A stretch of 64,000 bases of DNA from a virus, in the IMG/VR virus record IMGVR_UViG_3300025914_000009, positions 60,984-124,983 of that record; one strand, 5' to 3'. The notes under the pieces were generated by a model. It ran no database searches, was not told where the DNA came from, and saw nothing but the letters and a program-made list of their open reading frames with translations. The stretch's first letter is position 1. Each line of letters opens with the position of its first letter. The translations under genes and the position numbers were made by a program. Positions 35,758 through 45,662 of the stretch are shown here, piece by piece.

Positions 35758-36359
35758 TTTCATATGGATCACAATTATCAACACTCAAGAGACAAACTAT
35801 TCAATATATACTTGAGAAGGTAAGAGAACCAGGATATAAGAATGATCCTGACCTCTTGAGGGTATGTCAATCTGGAGCTGTAATGGCTGTCTTAAATCTT
35901 GGCAATCTTCAAAAAGATGTGAGAAAGCTGGAAGAGTGTTCAATTGAAAGACTCTGCAATATTGCAGATAAAATACATTTCAAACCTGTTTATGAACCTG
36001 TAAAACCTGTTCTCCCGCACGAAGAGAAGAAAGAAACTATAACTACACAAACAGAAACTATGCCTTTCGAAATTAAACAGAACATCCCTTTGCCAGGAGT
36101 AATTATGGACAAAGCTCAGGTAGTACCTGTTGCCAAAAAGAGATGGAAAAAGACTAACTACAGAGAGCTTCCTCTCAAAGATATGAAAATAGGAGAGTGT
36201 ATCATCATATTCGATGATTGTAATGAACATACCATCTCTGGAAAACTGGCCAATGCTAAGAGTGGTGTAGAGAGATTTGTCAGTTTAATGGATACTAAAA
36301 AGAAGTTCAAAGTAGCCAAAACTGACGATTTTAAAATAGGTGTATGGAGAATAGATTAA
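35754..36359 (+). CDS. hypothetical protein, possible DNA-binding C-terminus
   Basis: I..NIPLP...LPL.DM.IGE...VWR. Confidence 0.7.
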   Translation: MISYGSQLSTLKRQTIQYILEKVREPGYKNDPDLLRVCQSGAVMAVLNLGNLQKDVRKLEECSIERLCNIADKIHFKPVYEPVKPVLPHEEKKETITTQTETMPFEIKQNIPLPGVIMDKAQVVPVAKKRWKKTNYRELPLKDMKIGECIIIFDDCNEHTISGKLANAKSGVERFVSLMDTKKKFKVAKTDDFKIGVWRID

Positions 36360-36547
36360 TCAAAAAAGAGTACCATACTTGTACTGAGAATGATCCATGG
36401 AAGGAAGGAATGGGGCCTTGTGAGCATCCTGATGCTAAAGAAATAGAGGAGGATTATGGGAAAGGAGGAGGAGTAGCAGATGGAGATTATGTGAGATATG
36501 AGTGCCCTAATTGCAAACTTAAATTTTGGGTTGAACTTCCAAATTAA
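36344..36547 (+). CDS. small Zn-finger-like protein
   Basis: HPDA...Y.CPNC. Confidence 0.7.
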   Translation: MENRLIKKEYHTCTENDPWKEGMGPCEHPDAKEIEEDYGKGGGVADGDYVRYECPNCKLKFWVELPN

Positions 36548-36551
36548 CACT

Positions 36552-37358
36552 ATGGATTATGAAAAGATAGCACCACAACTGGGAGACTGGGCTCCAAAGT
36601 TCAAGGAGTTCATAGAATCCCCTGATTTCCAGGATATATATAAGTTCCTGAAGAAAGAGGGTAGAAAACCTCCAGAAGGTGAAGGGAAGATCATATGCCC
36701 GGAGCACTGTAATACCTTTAGAGCTTTCAGGGAATGTCCTTTCTCAAAACTCAGAGTAATCTTCATTCTTCAGGATCCCTATCCATGGGTTAAGGCTGAC
36801 AAAGAAGGTAAACTCATATATACAGCTGATGGTATGGCCATGAGCTGTAGTAATACTGGAGTATGCCAACCTTCTCTGGAACTATTCTATCAAGGTATGG
36901 AAGACAATCTTGGAGTTCCGGTTCCCAGACATCCTGATTTGTCCTATCTAGCCAATCAAGGAGTTCTTCTTCTCAATACCTCTCTTACCGTAGAGATGAA
37001 TAAACCATCTTCCCATGGGGGATTATGGGATAAGTTCATCTTGTATATGTTTGAAAATGTGATCAATTTTTATACAAAGGGACTTATATATGTTTCTTTT
37101 GGTAAGAATGCTCATATCATGGCCAAAACCATCGTTCCTTTCCTGCACTGGGGCTTTGAGATAGAACATCCGGCTGCTGCTGCACATAAAGGAAGAGAAT
37201 GGGAGCATGATAAGATCTTCACTAAGATCAATAAGATTCTGAAGGATTGCAATGAAGAACAAATAAATTGGGTTTATGGGGCAGATAATTCCATGGTGGA
37301 TGAGGGAGCACGCACAGTTCCCAAAACAGGAGTTGGAGGAAAGGTCAGAAAAGACTAA
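36552..37358 (+). CDS. ung: uracil-DNA glycosylase
   Basis: QDPYP, G.A.S, QPSL, QGVLLLN.SLTV, HPAAA. Confidence 0.92.
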   Translation: MDYEKIAPQLGDWAPKFKEFIESPDFQDIYKFLKKEGRKPPEGEGKIICPEHCNTFRAFRECPFSKLRVIFILQDPYPWVKADKEGKLIYTADGMAMSCSNTGVCQPSLELFYQGMEDNLGVPVPRHPDLSYLANQGVLLLNTSLTVEMNKPSSHGGLWDKFILYMFENVINFYTKGLIYVSFGKNAHIMAKTIVPFLHWGFEIEHPAAAAHKGREWEHDKIFTKINKILKDCNEEQINWVYGADNSMVDEGARTVPKTGVGGKVRKD

Positions 37359-37809
37359 ATACGTACAAAGAGATCTAGAAGACCAGATTGAAGAAGAGTA
37401 TGAAGCCCAAGGAAGGGAGTATCAAAGAACAGACATTAATTCTAATAATATGAGTACAAGTCGATTATTACCGACAATTGTAGTACAGGATGTACTAGAC
37501 CTTTTGAAAAAAGGCTACACAAGACTGGCAAAAGATGACACGGGTTATGGAAGCATTCAGTATCATTATAGCTTGAGTGTTGCCCAAGTAAAAGCTTTGT
37601 TTAAGCATCCTAAACTGAAGGCTAAGAAGACAATGCCTCCTATGGGGATAAATATTGTAGATAGAGAAGAACCTGCTCCAAATGTTGCAGAGGTTCTTTC
37701 TACCGGGGGCTTTGCTCCTACACAAGACGTAGTGATATCAGGTACTGAGGAACCAGCAGAGAGTTCTCCTGCTGAATTTATACTTCAGAGAAATCAATTA
37801 TTTAGCTAA
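37276..37809 (+). CDS. hypothetical protein
   Basis: ORF; alternative start at 37450. Confidence 0.65.
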   Translation: MGQIIPWWMREHAQFPKQELEERSEKTKYVQRDLEDQIEEEYEAQGREYQRTDINSNNMSTSRLLPTIVVQDVLDLLKKGYTRLAKDDTGYGSIQYHYSLSVAQVKALFKHPKLKAKKTMPPMGINIVDREEPAPNVAEVLSTGGFAPTQDVVISGTEEPAESSPAEFILQRNQLFS

Positions 37810-37829
37810 ACATTCAAAAAACAAGTAAT

Positions 37830-38363
37830 ATGGCACGTAGAATTATCACTTACAGCACTCTTGGTGACAACATGAAAGAAGTTTTCTCTGATGCGACAAC
37901 ATGGGGGGATCTTCAGCCTGACTTAACAAGAGCAGGTGTTCGATTTGAAGGTATGAAAGCAATGACCAATCCTGGTCAGGTAACTCTGGAAAGCCTGCAG
38001 GCTGAGCTCCCTGATGGAGAATTTCAGCTGTTCATCATGCCTCAGAAGGTTAAATCTGGATATGATCTTATAGAAGATCAAGACTTGATTGATGAAGAAG
38101 ATGGAGAATCATGGAATGAGACTGATTGGAATCTGGATTATGAGAATCCTGAAGAACACATCTTTAAATCTTATAAAGATTTAGCAATTGCACGGGCTAA
38201 GAAAGCCTTTGCACTTTTAGAAAAATCTATCGGTTATTTGACAGGCACAATAAATCGTCCTGTTGGTAAACCTGGTAATGCAATACCAGCTGAAGATCCT
38301 ATTCTGGCTTCATTGAGATCAGAGGCTGCCAAGTTGCAGAAGAACATGGAGATATTTGGATAA
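37830..38363 (+). CDS. putative ubiquitin-like (beta-grasp) protein
   Basis: S.ATTWG.L..DL...LP.G.F.L...P.KVKSG N-terminal domain; context next to JAB and E1. Confidence 0.5.
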   Translation: MARRIITYSTLGDNMKEVFSDATTWGDLQPDLTRAGVRFEGMKAMTNPGQVTLESLQAELPDGEFQLFIMPQKVKSGYDLIEDQDLIDEEDGESWNETDWNLDYENPEEHIFKSYKDLAIARAKKAFALLEKSIGYLTGTINRPVGKPGNAIPAEDPILASLRSEAAKLQKNMEIFG

Positions 38364-38371
38364 TCTAAAAT

Positions 38372-38400
38372 AGAGGGCCTTCGGGCTCTCTTTTTCTTTT
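38372..38400 (+). terminator. intrinsic terminator
   Basis: agagggcc-ttcg-ggctctct followed by a T run. Confidence 0.8.
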
Positions 38401-38403
38401 GTT

Positions 38404-39588
38404 ATGACAGTAAAAGAAAAGATAGAAAAGCTAATTGAGGAATCGGTTGAAGGTACTGATTTTAATGTGGTAACAGAGATAAAGGCAATGCTAAACTCAC
38501 TCTATGGTGAGGAGCGCAATCAGATAGTTAAACCATCATATGAGACTATTAAGAATAGGGCTTCAGAAGTAGGAATTGATGTGAGCAATATTGGAACATT
38601 AGCAGGTTTGACTCCTAATCAACTTCGTACCTATCTAACAAATTATGTCCCAGATGGCTTAAGTTACCAGATCATTATTCATTTCCCTGAGATCACTATA
38701 ACAAATGGCTCTCAGGAACACCTGATTCGAGATATATATGTAAGACTCTTCCTGCGTCCTAATGGTACACTATTCTCAGCAATACAAGGTATGAGGACTA
38801 CTTTCACAGAAGCAGAACTTCTATCCCAATACGTTCATTCTCATCTCCCCAAGGCAGACTTTAACTCTATAATATTCAATAACTTCTGTACAGGGATAGG
38901 TGAGATCAACCAGGTTCTTGCTCTATTGAACTCGAAATTCACATCTGCCAACTTTATGATGCTCTTAATGCATATAAAGAATTTCCTGGAATGGGAGTCT
39001 AAAGAAGGTCATCCTTACATGCTGATAGAGAATATATTCAGAAGAGACACTCGCAGAGGTAGCTATAATGGCGTTGCAGACTATATAGTTATCAAGGCAG
39101 CAGACTTGATTATGACCTGCATAAGAAATAAACTGACAGTCTCTGAAATCATGAATAAGTTCACTTTTACAGTCAGTGAAAGGAATATAGTAGCTACAGC
39201 AACTCTGGATATGGAGAAATGGATGGCAAAAGAGATGGAAAATTGGGATGTAGAGACTCTGTTTGGACACAGCTGGACTCCAAGTAACTTTGTATCCCTG
39301 AGAGATAGTGAGGGGAGGTACCACAATCTTCCCGCAGGGGTAGGGAGGTTGGTATACCAACAAGGATCAATTTTGAATTTTAAGGATCGAAATATAGAAC
39401 TTCAAATAATCGAAAGATCACAAACACAAACATATGAAACGTTCGCAAACCCAAAAATTACAAAAGAGACTTGTAAAAAGCTCTCACGAATCCTCACCAA
39501 AACAGCGCTTACCTCTGCAGGAATTAGGTCAGGTAGTGCCCTTGTTTATAGCGCCGGAACTCCAAGCTCAAATCACATATCTGTGTAG
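38404..39588 (+). CDS. prokaryotic E2-like protein
   Basis: YVHSHLP...FCTG motif with a candidate catalytic Cys. Confidence 0.55.
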   Translation: MTVKEKIEKLIEESVEGTDFNVVTEIKAMLNSLYGEERNQIVKPSYETIKNRASEVGIDVSNIGTLAGLTPNQLRTYLTNYVPDGLSYQIIIHFPEITITNGSQEHLIRDIYVRLFLRPNGTLFSAIQGMRTTFTEAELLSQYVHSHLPKADFNSIIFNNFCTGIGEINQVLALLNSKFTSANFMMLLMHIKNFLEWESKEGHPYMLIENIFRRDTRRGSYNGVADYIVIKAADLIMTCIRNKLTVSEIMNKFTFTVSERNIVATATLDMEKWMAKEMENWDVETLFGHSWTPSNFVSLRDSEGRYHNLPAGVGRLVYQQGSILNFKDRNIELQIIERSQTQTYETFANPKITKETCKKLSRILTKTALTSAGIRSGSALVYSAGTPSSNHISV

Positions 39589-40693
39589 GGAGATCTGGAC
39601 AGATGAATGGTCAGGTATGCTCTTTTATGAGACAGTAGGTAACTTTGGAGAAGAAAACTTCCAGATAAACGCTAAAGGGCTGTTCTTATTGGATATAGGT
39701 TCAGCAGCATATACAGAGTATGATCCCAGTGATCCTGACTTAATAAAGTTCCTGATGTCTAATCCTGATGCCTTGATGATGAAAAAGGGTCATATTCATT
39801 CTCATAATAATATGGATGTTTTCTTCTCAGGCACTGATAATGGTGAACTTGTTGATAACTGCGGATTCCATAACTTTTATGTATCTCTGATTGTCAATAA
39901 TAAAAATGAGATGTGTGCCAAGATTGCCTTTAAGGCAAAGACCACTTCAGAGAATCATATAACTGTCAGTTATCTGGATCAGGAGGGAAAAGAGAGACAG
40001 AAGAGGCTCATGAACAAGAAAGAGGATGAGTCTATATATGTATACAAATGTAAGATCTTTAAACCCACAGAGGCCGTGGAGGACTCTTTTAAGGGCCGAT
40101 TTCAAGAGCTCAGAGAAGCCAAACAGTCTAAGGAAAAGTCTCGAAAAGCTTTTGAAACGGCTTATAAAGAAGGAACCTATAAAGGATTTAATGTTGACCA
40201 AAGATGGAAGCAATCAGGATTATTTGATGACGTTAAAGGATCAAGTAATCTCCCTAAGGGAAAAGAAGGGACAAAGGGCTGGACGGACGATGAAACAGTG
40301 GGATCAGGAGGAAAGAGAGCTTCAGTGGTGGAGCGAGTTGGAAATATAAAAACTGACCCAAGGGTCTATAGTATGCTCACTAAGTTACTCAGTATGGACT
40401 TCATATATGAAGGAACCCTAAGTTCTATCATGAAAAAGCTGAATAATGAGTTCTTTCCTGAGGAGGAAGAGACTACTGCATACCGTACATCTTATCAGCT
40501 TCATCTATATTGTGATGCTATTGAGACAAGAGCAACAGAGTTCTATATTGACTCTTTCCCGGAGGATTGCCAAAAGTTGCTGAATTTTGATGCTACAATG
40601 CAGAAGTGTGTTGAGATCCTGGAGACATATGATGATGAGTATCCAGAGCTTGTGTCCCATCTGACAGAATCATTAAATCTTGAATTAAATTAA
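39434..40693 (+). CDS. JAB/MPN domain protein
   Basis: EWSG, HIHSHNNMDVFFSGTD. Confidence 0.88.
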   Translation: MKRSQTQKLQKRLVKSSHESSPKQRLPLQELGQVVPLFIAPELQAQITYLCREIWTDEWSGMLFYETVGNFGEENFQINAKGLFLLDIGSAAYTEYDPSDPDLIKFLMSNPDALMMKKGHIHSHNNMDVFFSGTDNGELVDNCGFHNFYVSLIVNNKNEMCAKIAFKAKTTSENHITVSYLDQEGKERQKRLMNKKEDESIYVYKCKIFKPTEAVEDSFKGRFQELREAKQSKEKSRKAFETAYKEGTYKGFNVDQRWKQSGLFDDVKGSSNLPKGKEGTKGWTDDETVGSGGKRASVVERVGNIKTDPRVYSMLTKLLSMDFIYEGTLSSIMKKLNNEFFPEEEETTAYRTSYQLHLYCDAIETRATEFYIDSFPEDCQKLLNFDATMQKCVEILETYDDEYPELVSHLTESLNLELN

Positions 40694-40694
40694 T

Positions 40695-41423
40695 ATGTTT
40701 AAAGTCGAAGAAGTTGAATCTCAATTTGGTAGGGTAAAGGGAGCCAGTTGGTTCCCTTTGCTCTATAAAAAAGATGTAATGGTATTAGGACTAGGAGGTA
40801 TAGGAAGCTGGACAGCTCTTCTTTTATCAAGAATTGGCTGCACTTTGCATTTATTTGATATGGATAGATATGAAACACATAATATGACTGGACAGATTGT
40901 AGGGACTAAACATATTGGGGATAATAAAGCAGTGGCAGTAAGTGATGTAATATCGGAGTTTTCTCCAAATTGTAAAGTCAATTCCTATCCCCAGAGGTAT
41001 GATGAGGACAGTTTTACTAATAACATAATGATCTGTGGGTTTGATAACATGGTGGCCAGAAAAGTAGCTTTTGCTAATTGGAAGAAGAGCCTGGAAGGAT
41101 TAAGTATGGAAGATAGAACAAAGTACTTCTTCCAGGATGGAAGATTACTAGCAGAGCAGCTTCAGATATTCAGTATTTCTGGAGACTATTTAGATGGTAT
41201 ACGTGAATATGAGAGAGACTGGCTCTTTAATGATAAAGAGGTAGAGGAGGCAGAATGTACCTTTAAGCAGACTTCTCACTGCGCTGCCATGATTGCATCC
41301 CACATGGTTGGATTTTTGACTAATTGGGTATCAAATGTGGACATGGTAAGTAAGGGATTTCCTGCCATAAAGCAGGTTCCTTTCAAGTATGAATACTTGA
41401 TACCCGCAAATCTCATATCATGA
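40695..41423 (+). CDS. ThiF/E1-like enzyme
   Basis: GLGGIGS, D.D..E.HN..GQ, NKA, DN..AR, DGR, C. Confidence 0.9.
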   Translation: MFKVEEVESQFGRVKGASWFPLLYKKDVMVLGLGGIGSWTALLLSRIGCTLHLFDMDRYETHNMTGQIVGTKHIGDNKAVAVSDVISEFSPNCKVNSYPQRYDEDSFTNNIMICGFDNMVARKVAFANWKKSLEGLSMEDRTKYFFQDGRLLAEQLQIFSISGDYLDGIREYERDWLFNDKEVEEAECTFKQTSHCAAMIASHMVGFLTNWVSNVDMVSKGFPAIKQVPFKYEYLIPANLIS

Positions 41424-42145
41424 CAACACTTGATTTCAAAGATAAATTGACTGAGAATACATTCAGTTATGGTAATGATTTTGTGTATGATGAAAATACA
41501 AAGAAGTCATTTAGTTTGTATTTTAGTCGTGATAGTATCAATTACCCTTATATACTAAAGGGCGGACAGTCTAATGAGGAGGAACTTGAAGTTTCGATCT
41601 ATAGTTACCAGCTAAGAAGTAGAGTACTGAATACCAAGAAGATAAAGGAGATCATGGACAGTTCCAGGCTTCCTCTTTTATTCAATATAAAGAGAAGAAA
41701 CTATCTTCTTGGTAAAGGGTTCCTGGCTGAATATATACACGGGGAAGAAATAAACAAGATTCTCTTTGTTGCCTGTGTAGATGGCTCTAAGAGCGTGAGT
41801 TCAATGGAGCAGGTTAAGTTCTTCGTGTCTAAAGATATTTATACTGATGAACATAAAGCACTTCAGCCTGCAATAAAGGATTTCATAGGAGCTCATCCTG
41901 GAGATGTGATTATATGTAAGAATGTTTTGGACTATGTAGGAGAGAAGATTGTTTTCCCTCGGGGGGTACTTATCTCTGAGCTGATAACATACAAAGATGC
42001 TATTGTAAGAGCTACAGTAGAAAGGGAGTTTGATCTAGAGGCTCCATTAGTAGTAGATGCTACTTTTCAAGATACGACTGCACCTATAACAATTCACGCT
42101 GGTTCTTATATTGCAACTGATAATAGTACTGTTTCACCTTGGTAA
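41420..42145 (+). CDS. hypothetical protein
   Basis: ATGA-coupled to E1. Confidence 0.75.
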   Translation: MTTLDFKDKLTENTFSYGNDFVYDENTKKSFSLYFSRDSINYPYILKGGQSNEEELEVSIYSYQLRSRVLNTKKIKEIMDSSRLPLLFNIKRRNYLLGKGFLAEYIHGEEINKILFVACVDGSKSVSSMEQVKFFVSKDIYTDEHKALQPAIKDFIGAHPGDVIICKNVLDYVGEKIVFPRGVLISELITYKDAIVRATVEREFDLEAPLVVDATFQDTTAPITIHAGSYIATDNSTVSPW

Positions 42146-42151
42146 TTTTTG

Positions 42152-42159
42152 TATCTTTG
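42152..42159 (+). promoter_or_regulatory. -7 element TAnnTTTG
   Basis: TATCTTTG, 4 nt before ATG 42164. Confidence 0.65.
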
Positions 42160-42163
42160 TTGA

Positions 42164-42556
42164 ATGACAAGGTCAAAATCATATTCAAGAAACAAAGGGC
42201 ATAATTGTGAAAGGGATTTCGCTAAGAAGTTTAGAGATTTAGGATTCGAGTTCTGCAAAACCTCAAGGCAGGCAAGTAGATTACTTGATGACAGTGGAAT
42301 TGACCTTAGCGGAATCCCTCTCAATGTCCAAATTAAGTCTGGCTACAAAAAGGCCAGACCAAAGGCTGATGAACTATTTAAAGGAATGAAAGAGGTTCTA
42401 TCCAAGAACTTCCCTCCGGGAGATGGTATACATAAATACCCAAAAGTACTCATCCACAAACTGGATGGTATGGCACAGGAAAACCAACTTGTGACAATGA
42501 CATGGGAAGATTGGGTAGAGTTCCTGAAAGCTTATAAACAGGTAAAAAATCTATAA
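42164..42556 (+). CDS. PD-(D/E)XK Holliday junction resolvase-like protein
   Basis: KG...ER, GIDL, VQIK. Confidence 0.8.
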   Translation: MTRSKSYSRNKGHNCERDFAKKFRDLGFEFCKTSRQASRLLDDSGIDLSGIPLNVQIKSGYKKARPKADELFKGMKEVLSKNFPPGDGIHKYPKVLIHKLDGMAQENQLVTMTWEDWVEFLKAYKQVKNL

Positions 42557-42557
42557 A

Positions 42558-42953
42558 ATGGGGTATAAATTATTTCTGGATGATGATAGGAACCCAGTTC
42601 ATTGTGTGACCTGGATGCATACCAGAATAGGTAGGAAGAACTCTATCTACCTTCAGAATGAATGGGTTATATGTAGAAATTACATCTGTTTTGTGAATAC
42701 CATAGAGCAAATGGGACTCCCCGACTTTATATCATTTGACCATGATTTGAGTGATACTATCTGGAGCCCTGATGAGGTATATGAAGATTCAGAAAAGACA
42801 GGCTATGAATGTGCCAAGTGGCTGGTTAACTATTGTCTCGATCATAAGCTACCACTACCTGACTTTGCCGTACATTCCCTAAACCCCGGAGGGGCAGAAA
42901 GGATTATGGGCTACCTAAAGCAAGCTGAAATATGGACAAGAAAGCAAAACTAA
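42558..42953 (+). CDS. cyclic-phosphate-processing receiver-domain protein
   Basis: LFLDD.R, ISFDHDL, TGYECAKWL, HS.NP.G. Confidence 0.8.
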   Translation: MGYKLFLDDDRNPVHCVTWMHTRIGRKNSIYLQNEWVICRNYICFVNTIEQMGLPDFISFDHDLSDTIWSPDEVYEDSEKTGYECAKWLVNYCLDHKLPLPDFAVHSLNPGGAERIMGYLKQAEIWTRKQN

Positions 42954-42990
42954 TCTGGTGGATACTCCTCATTCTTGAGCTAGGATTATA

Positions 42991-42998
42991 TACCTTTG
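42991..42998 (+). promoter_or_regulatory. -7 element TAnnTTTG
   Basis: TACCTTTG, 4 nt before ATG 43003. Confidence 0.65.
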
Positions 42999-43002
42999 CT
43001 GT

Positions 43003-44112
43003 ATGGTTAATACTCAATCTCAAATGACAGAAGCACAGTATAGAGCACTGGACATAGACTCCTATTCCTCAATTAAGGTCTTTATTGAGGACAGAAAGAA
43101 GTATTATAAAAAATTTGTACTCAAGGAATCTGTAAGAGATGGTGATACTCCAAGTACAACCTTTGGATCTTTGGTAGATTGTCTAATGTTCACACCCGAT
43201 GAATTTGATTCCAGATTTGCACTCTCAATTTCTGACACTCCTAAGGGACAATACGCAAAGCTGATAGATGAGCTAATGAATGTAACAGAAAGATCAGTAG
43301 GGGAGTCAGGTGAAGTTACCAGAGAAATAGAGGATATGCTTGAGGAGGCTTACAATAATGTGAAATATGATAGAAATGGAACAATTGTGGATTTTAAGCG
43401 TGACAGCTTTGAGGTAGTCAAACGTAAGTTTGTGGGATCTGATCTGGAAATTTACTACAAGCAACTCAGAGAAGCTCATGGTAAAGATGTGATTGAGCCA
43501 GTAATGGTAGATAATGCCTTAAACATTATTAATGAGTTGAGAACCAATAGCATCACAGCAGAGATCATAAATATGGTAACAAACTCTAATCTGACTGTGT
43601 ATAATCAGTTCCCTATCATAGGTAATCTGAAAGACTGTTTAGGAGAAGAAATCACAGAAGAAGAATCTAAAGCTAAGTGCTTGGTAGACAAGTTAATCAT
43701 AGATCATACAGCAAGAGAAATACATATATATGATCTTAAGACTGCATGGGATAATGAAGGGGAGTTCCTGAATAATTACTTCAAGTATAAGTACTATATT
43801 CAAGCCTCTCTATATTTCTACTTAGTCGTAGAGTGGAAGAAGAAACAACCAGAGATTAAAGACTATACAGTGAGATGGCCAGCTTTTATAGTAGCTGATA
43901 GTAACAATTATAAAAGCCCTCTGATATATGTGACTGATAATACAAACATGAATCAGGGAATGAGAGGCTTCATAATAAGAGGAAAGTACTATCCAGGTGT
44001 GATAAATGCAGTTAGAGATATGATTTGGCACAAAAGAACAGGAATATGGAACATTTCGAGAGAGAACTATAGGAACAATGGGATAGTGCCAGTTAGAATA
44101 TTTGAGAATTAA
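43003..44112 (+). CDS. PD-(D/E)XK exonuclease (RecE/ExoVIII-like)
   Basis: SYS, FGSLVD, K..VD, DLKT, Y.Y.IQA..Y. Confidence 0.85.
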   Translation: MVNTQSQMTEAQYRALDIDSYSSIKVFIEDRKKYYKKFVLKESVRDGDTPSTTFGSLVDCLMFTPDEFDSRFALSISDTPKGQYAKLIDELMNVTERSVGESGEVTREIEDMLEEAYNNVKYDRNGTIVDFKRDSFEVVKRKFVGSDLEIYYKQLREAHGKDVIEPVMVDNALNIINELRTNSITAEIINMVTNSNLTVYNQFPIIGNLKDCLGEEITEEESKAKCLVDKLIIDHTAREIHIYDLKTAWDNEGEFLNNYFKYKYYIQASLYFYLVVEWKKKQPEIKDYTVRWPAFIVADSNNYKSPLIYVTDNTNMNQGMRGFIIRGKYYPGVINAVRDMIWHKRTGIWNISRENYRNNGIVPVRIFEN

Positions 44113-44122
44113 AGTCAAAAAG

Positions 44123-44674
44123 ATGATAACAGAAAAGGATAAGAAGAATTGTACCACCATATTTCTGCTACCTGGTATAGGGCATACCAGACAGAAGCTG
44201 CTTCCTTATGGGTTCCTAGCTGCTTATCTGGATGATGTTAACCATGAGGTTCATTATGAGGAAGCTATATATCTCCTATTTAAGCCTGAGGACATAGCAG
44301 CTTTCCAGAAGTTTTTAGAAGATGAGTATAAGAAACCAAGTTTGATACTGGAAGATTATGATTATAGAGGAGGATACGTTGTTATTGTGTACAAGATAGA
44401 TGAGAGGTATCTCCCTGAGTATGAGTTATTTTTACAAGGTAAATATTCCAAGTTCAGACCAGAGTATATTGCTCAGTTTCCAGAAGAGATAGTCACACAA
44501 TCCCCCTCGGGGCTAACAGTAAAGCATTCTCTTCACTATCATATCTTCAATAGAACTGATAGAATAAAGGACTATTGGGAGAAGAAGATTGGGGAAAAGA
44601 TTCCCGATGATATGGAACTATGGAGCTCTCCTGATATGGACAAGGAGGTACTTGATATTATATCATTTCATTAA
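44123..44674 (+). CDS. conserved phage hypothetical protein
   Basis: FLLP, AYL.D, GKYSK, ELWS. Confidence 0.8.
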   Translation: MITEKDKKNCTTIFLLPGIGHTRQKLLPYGFLAAYLDDVNHEVHYEEAIYLLFKPEDIAAFQKFLEDEYKKPSLILEDYDYRGGYVVIVYKIDERYLPEYELFLQGKYSKFRPEYIAQFPEEIVTQSPSGLTVKHSLHYHIFNRTDRIKDYWEKKIGEKIPDDMELWSSPDMDKEVLDIISFH

Positions 44675-44687
44675 AAATTATCATAAT

Positions 44688-45059
44688 ATGGCAGTATTTC
44701 CAACACTTGATTTTGTACAAATAAAAGCGAGGTATCCAAAGGCACTGGCAAAGATTCAGAAGTGGGTATTTGAGCAACCAGAACTGCAGAGTGTTACTGA
44801 TGAGTTTGTTGATCCAAAGAACCCCGAGAAGTCAAAGGAGATGTTTGTAGGCTTAATGATCCAGATGGATCCCAGGAAGTTGTATGATATCTTTGATTCA
44901 TTTAACATCTTCATTTCAGTCTCAAAAGGAGAGCTAGATTCATTCAGGTCTCATGTGCTTGGAGAAGATCTCCATGGAGGAAACATTGGCTCTAGTAGGC
45001 ACGAGGCTGAGGTTTCAGCCTTTCATGATGCATTTGAATTACTTGAAAAACAATCGTAA
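44688..45059 (+). CDS. hypothetical protein
   Basis: R.LYD.FD, SR.EAE..AF..AF..LE. Confidence 0.75.
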   Translation: MAVFPTLDFVQIKARYPKALAKIQKWVFEQPELQSVTDEFVDPKNPEKSKEMFVGLMIQMDPRKLYDIFDSFNIFISVSKGELDSFRSHVLGEDLHGGNIGSSRHEAEVSAFHDAFELLEKQS

Positions 45060-45060
45060 T

Positions 45061-45402
45061 ATGAGTTACCTAGATCGAATGTATGAAGCTGAAGAGGCAA
45101 AGGAGAAAAAGGCTCTAAGATATAACCAGGGGAAACCACAATGGTCTATGGTTCACTTTAGATCACTAGAGCCTATGGTCAAAGTACTTATGTATGGTGC
45201 AAATAAATATGCGAGAGATAACTGGAAAAAAGGATTGAACAGACAAGAGATTCTGGACAGCATGCAGAGGCATCTGGCAGCCTTGATTGATGGTCAGGAG
45301 ATTGATCCTGAGAGCCAAGAACATCATATTGGCCACATCATGTGCAACTGCCTTTTCTATTCCTACTTTAATATTGTAGGTGGAGAATTATCTTCCAAAT
45401 AA
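45061..45402 (+). CDS. dATP/dGTP diphosphohydrolase-like (DUF5664) protein
   Basis: RYN.GK, YGA.KY...NW.KG, RH, DPES..HH. Confidence 0.85.
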   Translation: MSYLDRMYEAEEAKEKKALRYNQGKPQWSMVHFRSLEPMVKVLMYGANKYARDNWKKGLNRQEILDSMQRHLAALIDGQEIDPESQEHHIGHIMCNCLFYSYFNIVGGELSSK

Positions 45403-45427
45403 CTTGTCTGGTTATGGGTTTGTGAGG

Positions 45428-45435
45428 TATATTTG
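45428..45435 (+). promoter_or_regulatory. -7 element TAnnTTTG
   Basis: TATATTTG with CTTG about 21 nt upstream. Confidence 0.55.
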
Positions 45436-45463
45436 AAGTTTTCATCACTAAACCTTTTACACC

Positions 45464-45610
45464 ATGGCAGAATATAAACCTGCACTAAATGAGGCAGAAT
45501 ATATTAGAATAGAAGAGCTTATGAAAGAGCTCGTAAGTGTACAACTTAAGGAAGATCAATTGAAAAAAGAACTTCGAAAGTTGGTTTATAAGACGGAATA
45601 CCCAAGATAA
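45464..45610 (+). CDS. small coiled-coil protein (48 aa)
   Basis: Read manually; lies between a promoter and a terminator. Confidence 0.6.
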   Translation: MAEYKPALNEAEYIRIEELMKELVSVQLKEDQLKKELRKLVYKTEYPR

Positions 45611-45629
45611 TTGGGAAGTTGTGTTTGTG

Positions 45630-45662
45630 TGGGGCTGGATTTCTATCTGGCCCCATTTTTTT
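45630..45662 (+). terminator. intrinsic terminator with TTCT loop
   Basis: tggggctggat-ttct-atctggcccca followed by a T run. Confidence 0.8.

Noticed and set aside
45061-45402. Z-genome or other modified-base pathway inferred from DUF5664
   Set aside because: No PurZ or 7-deazaguanine genes are visible in the window
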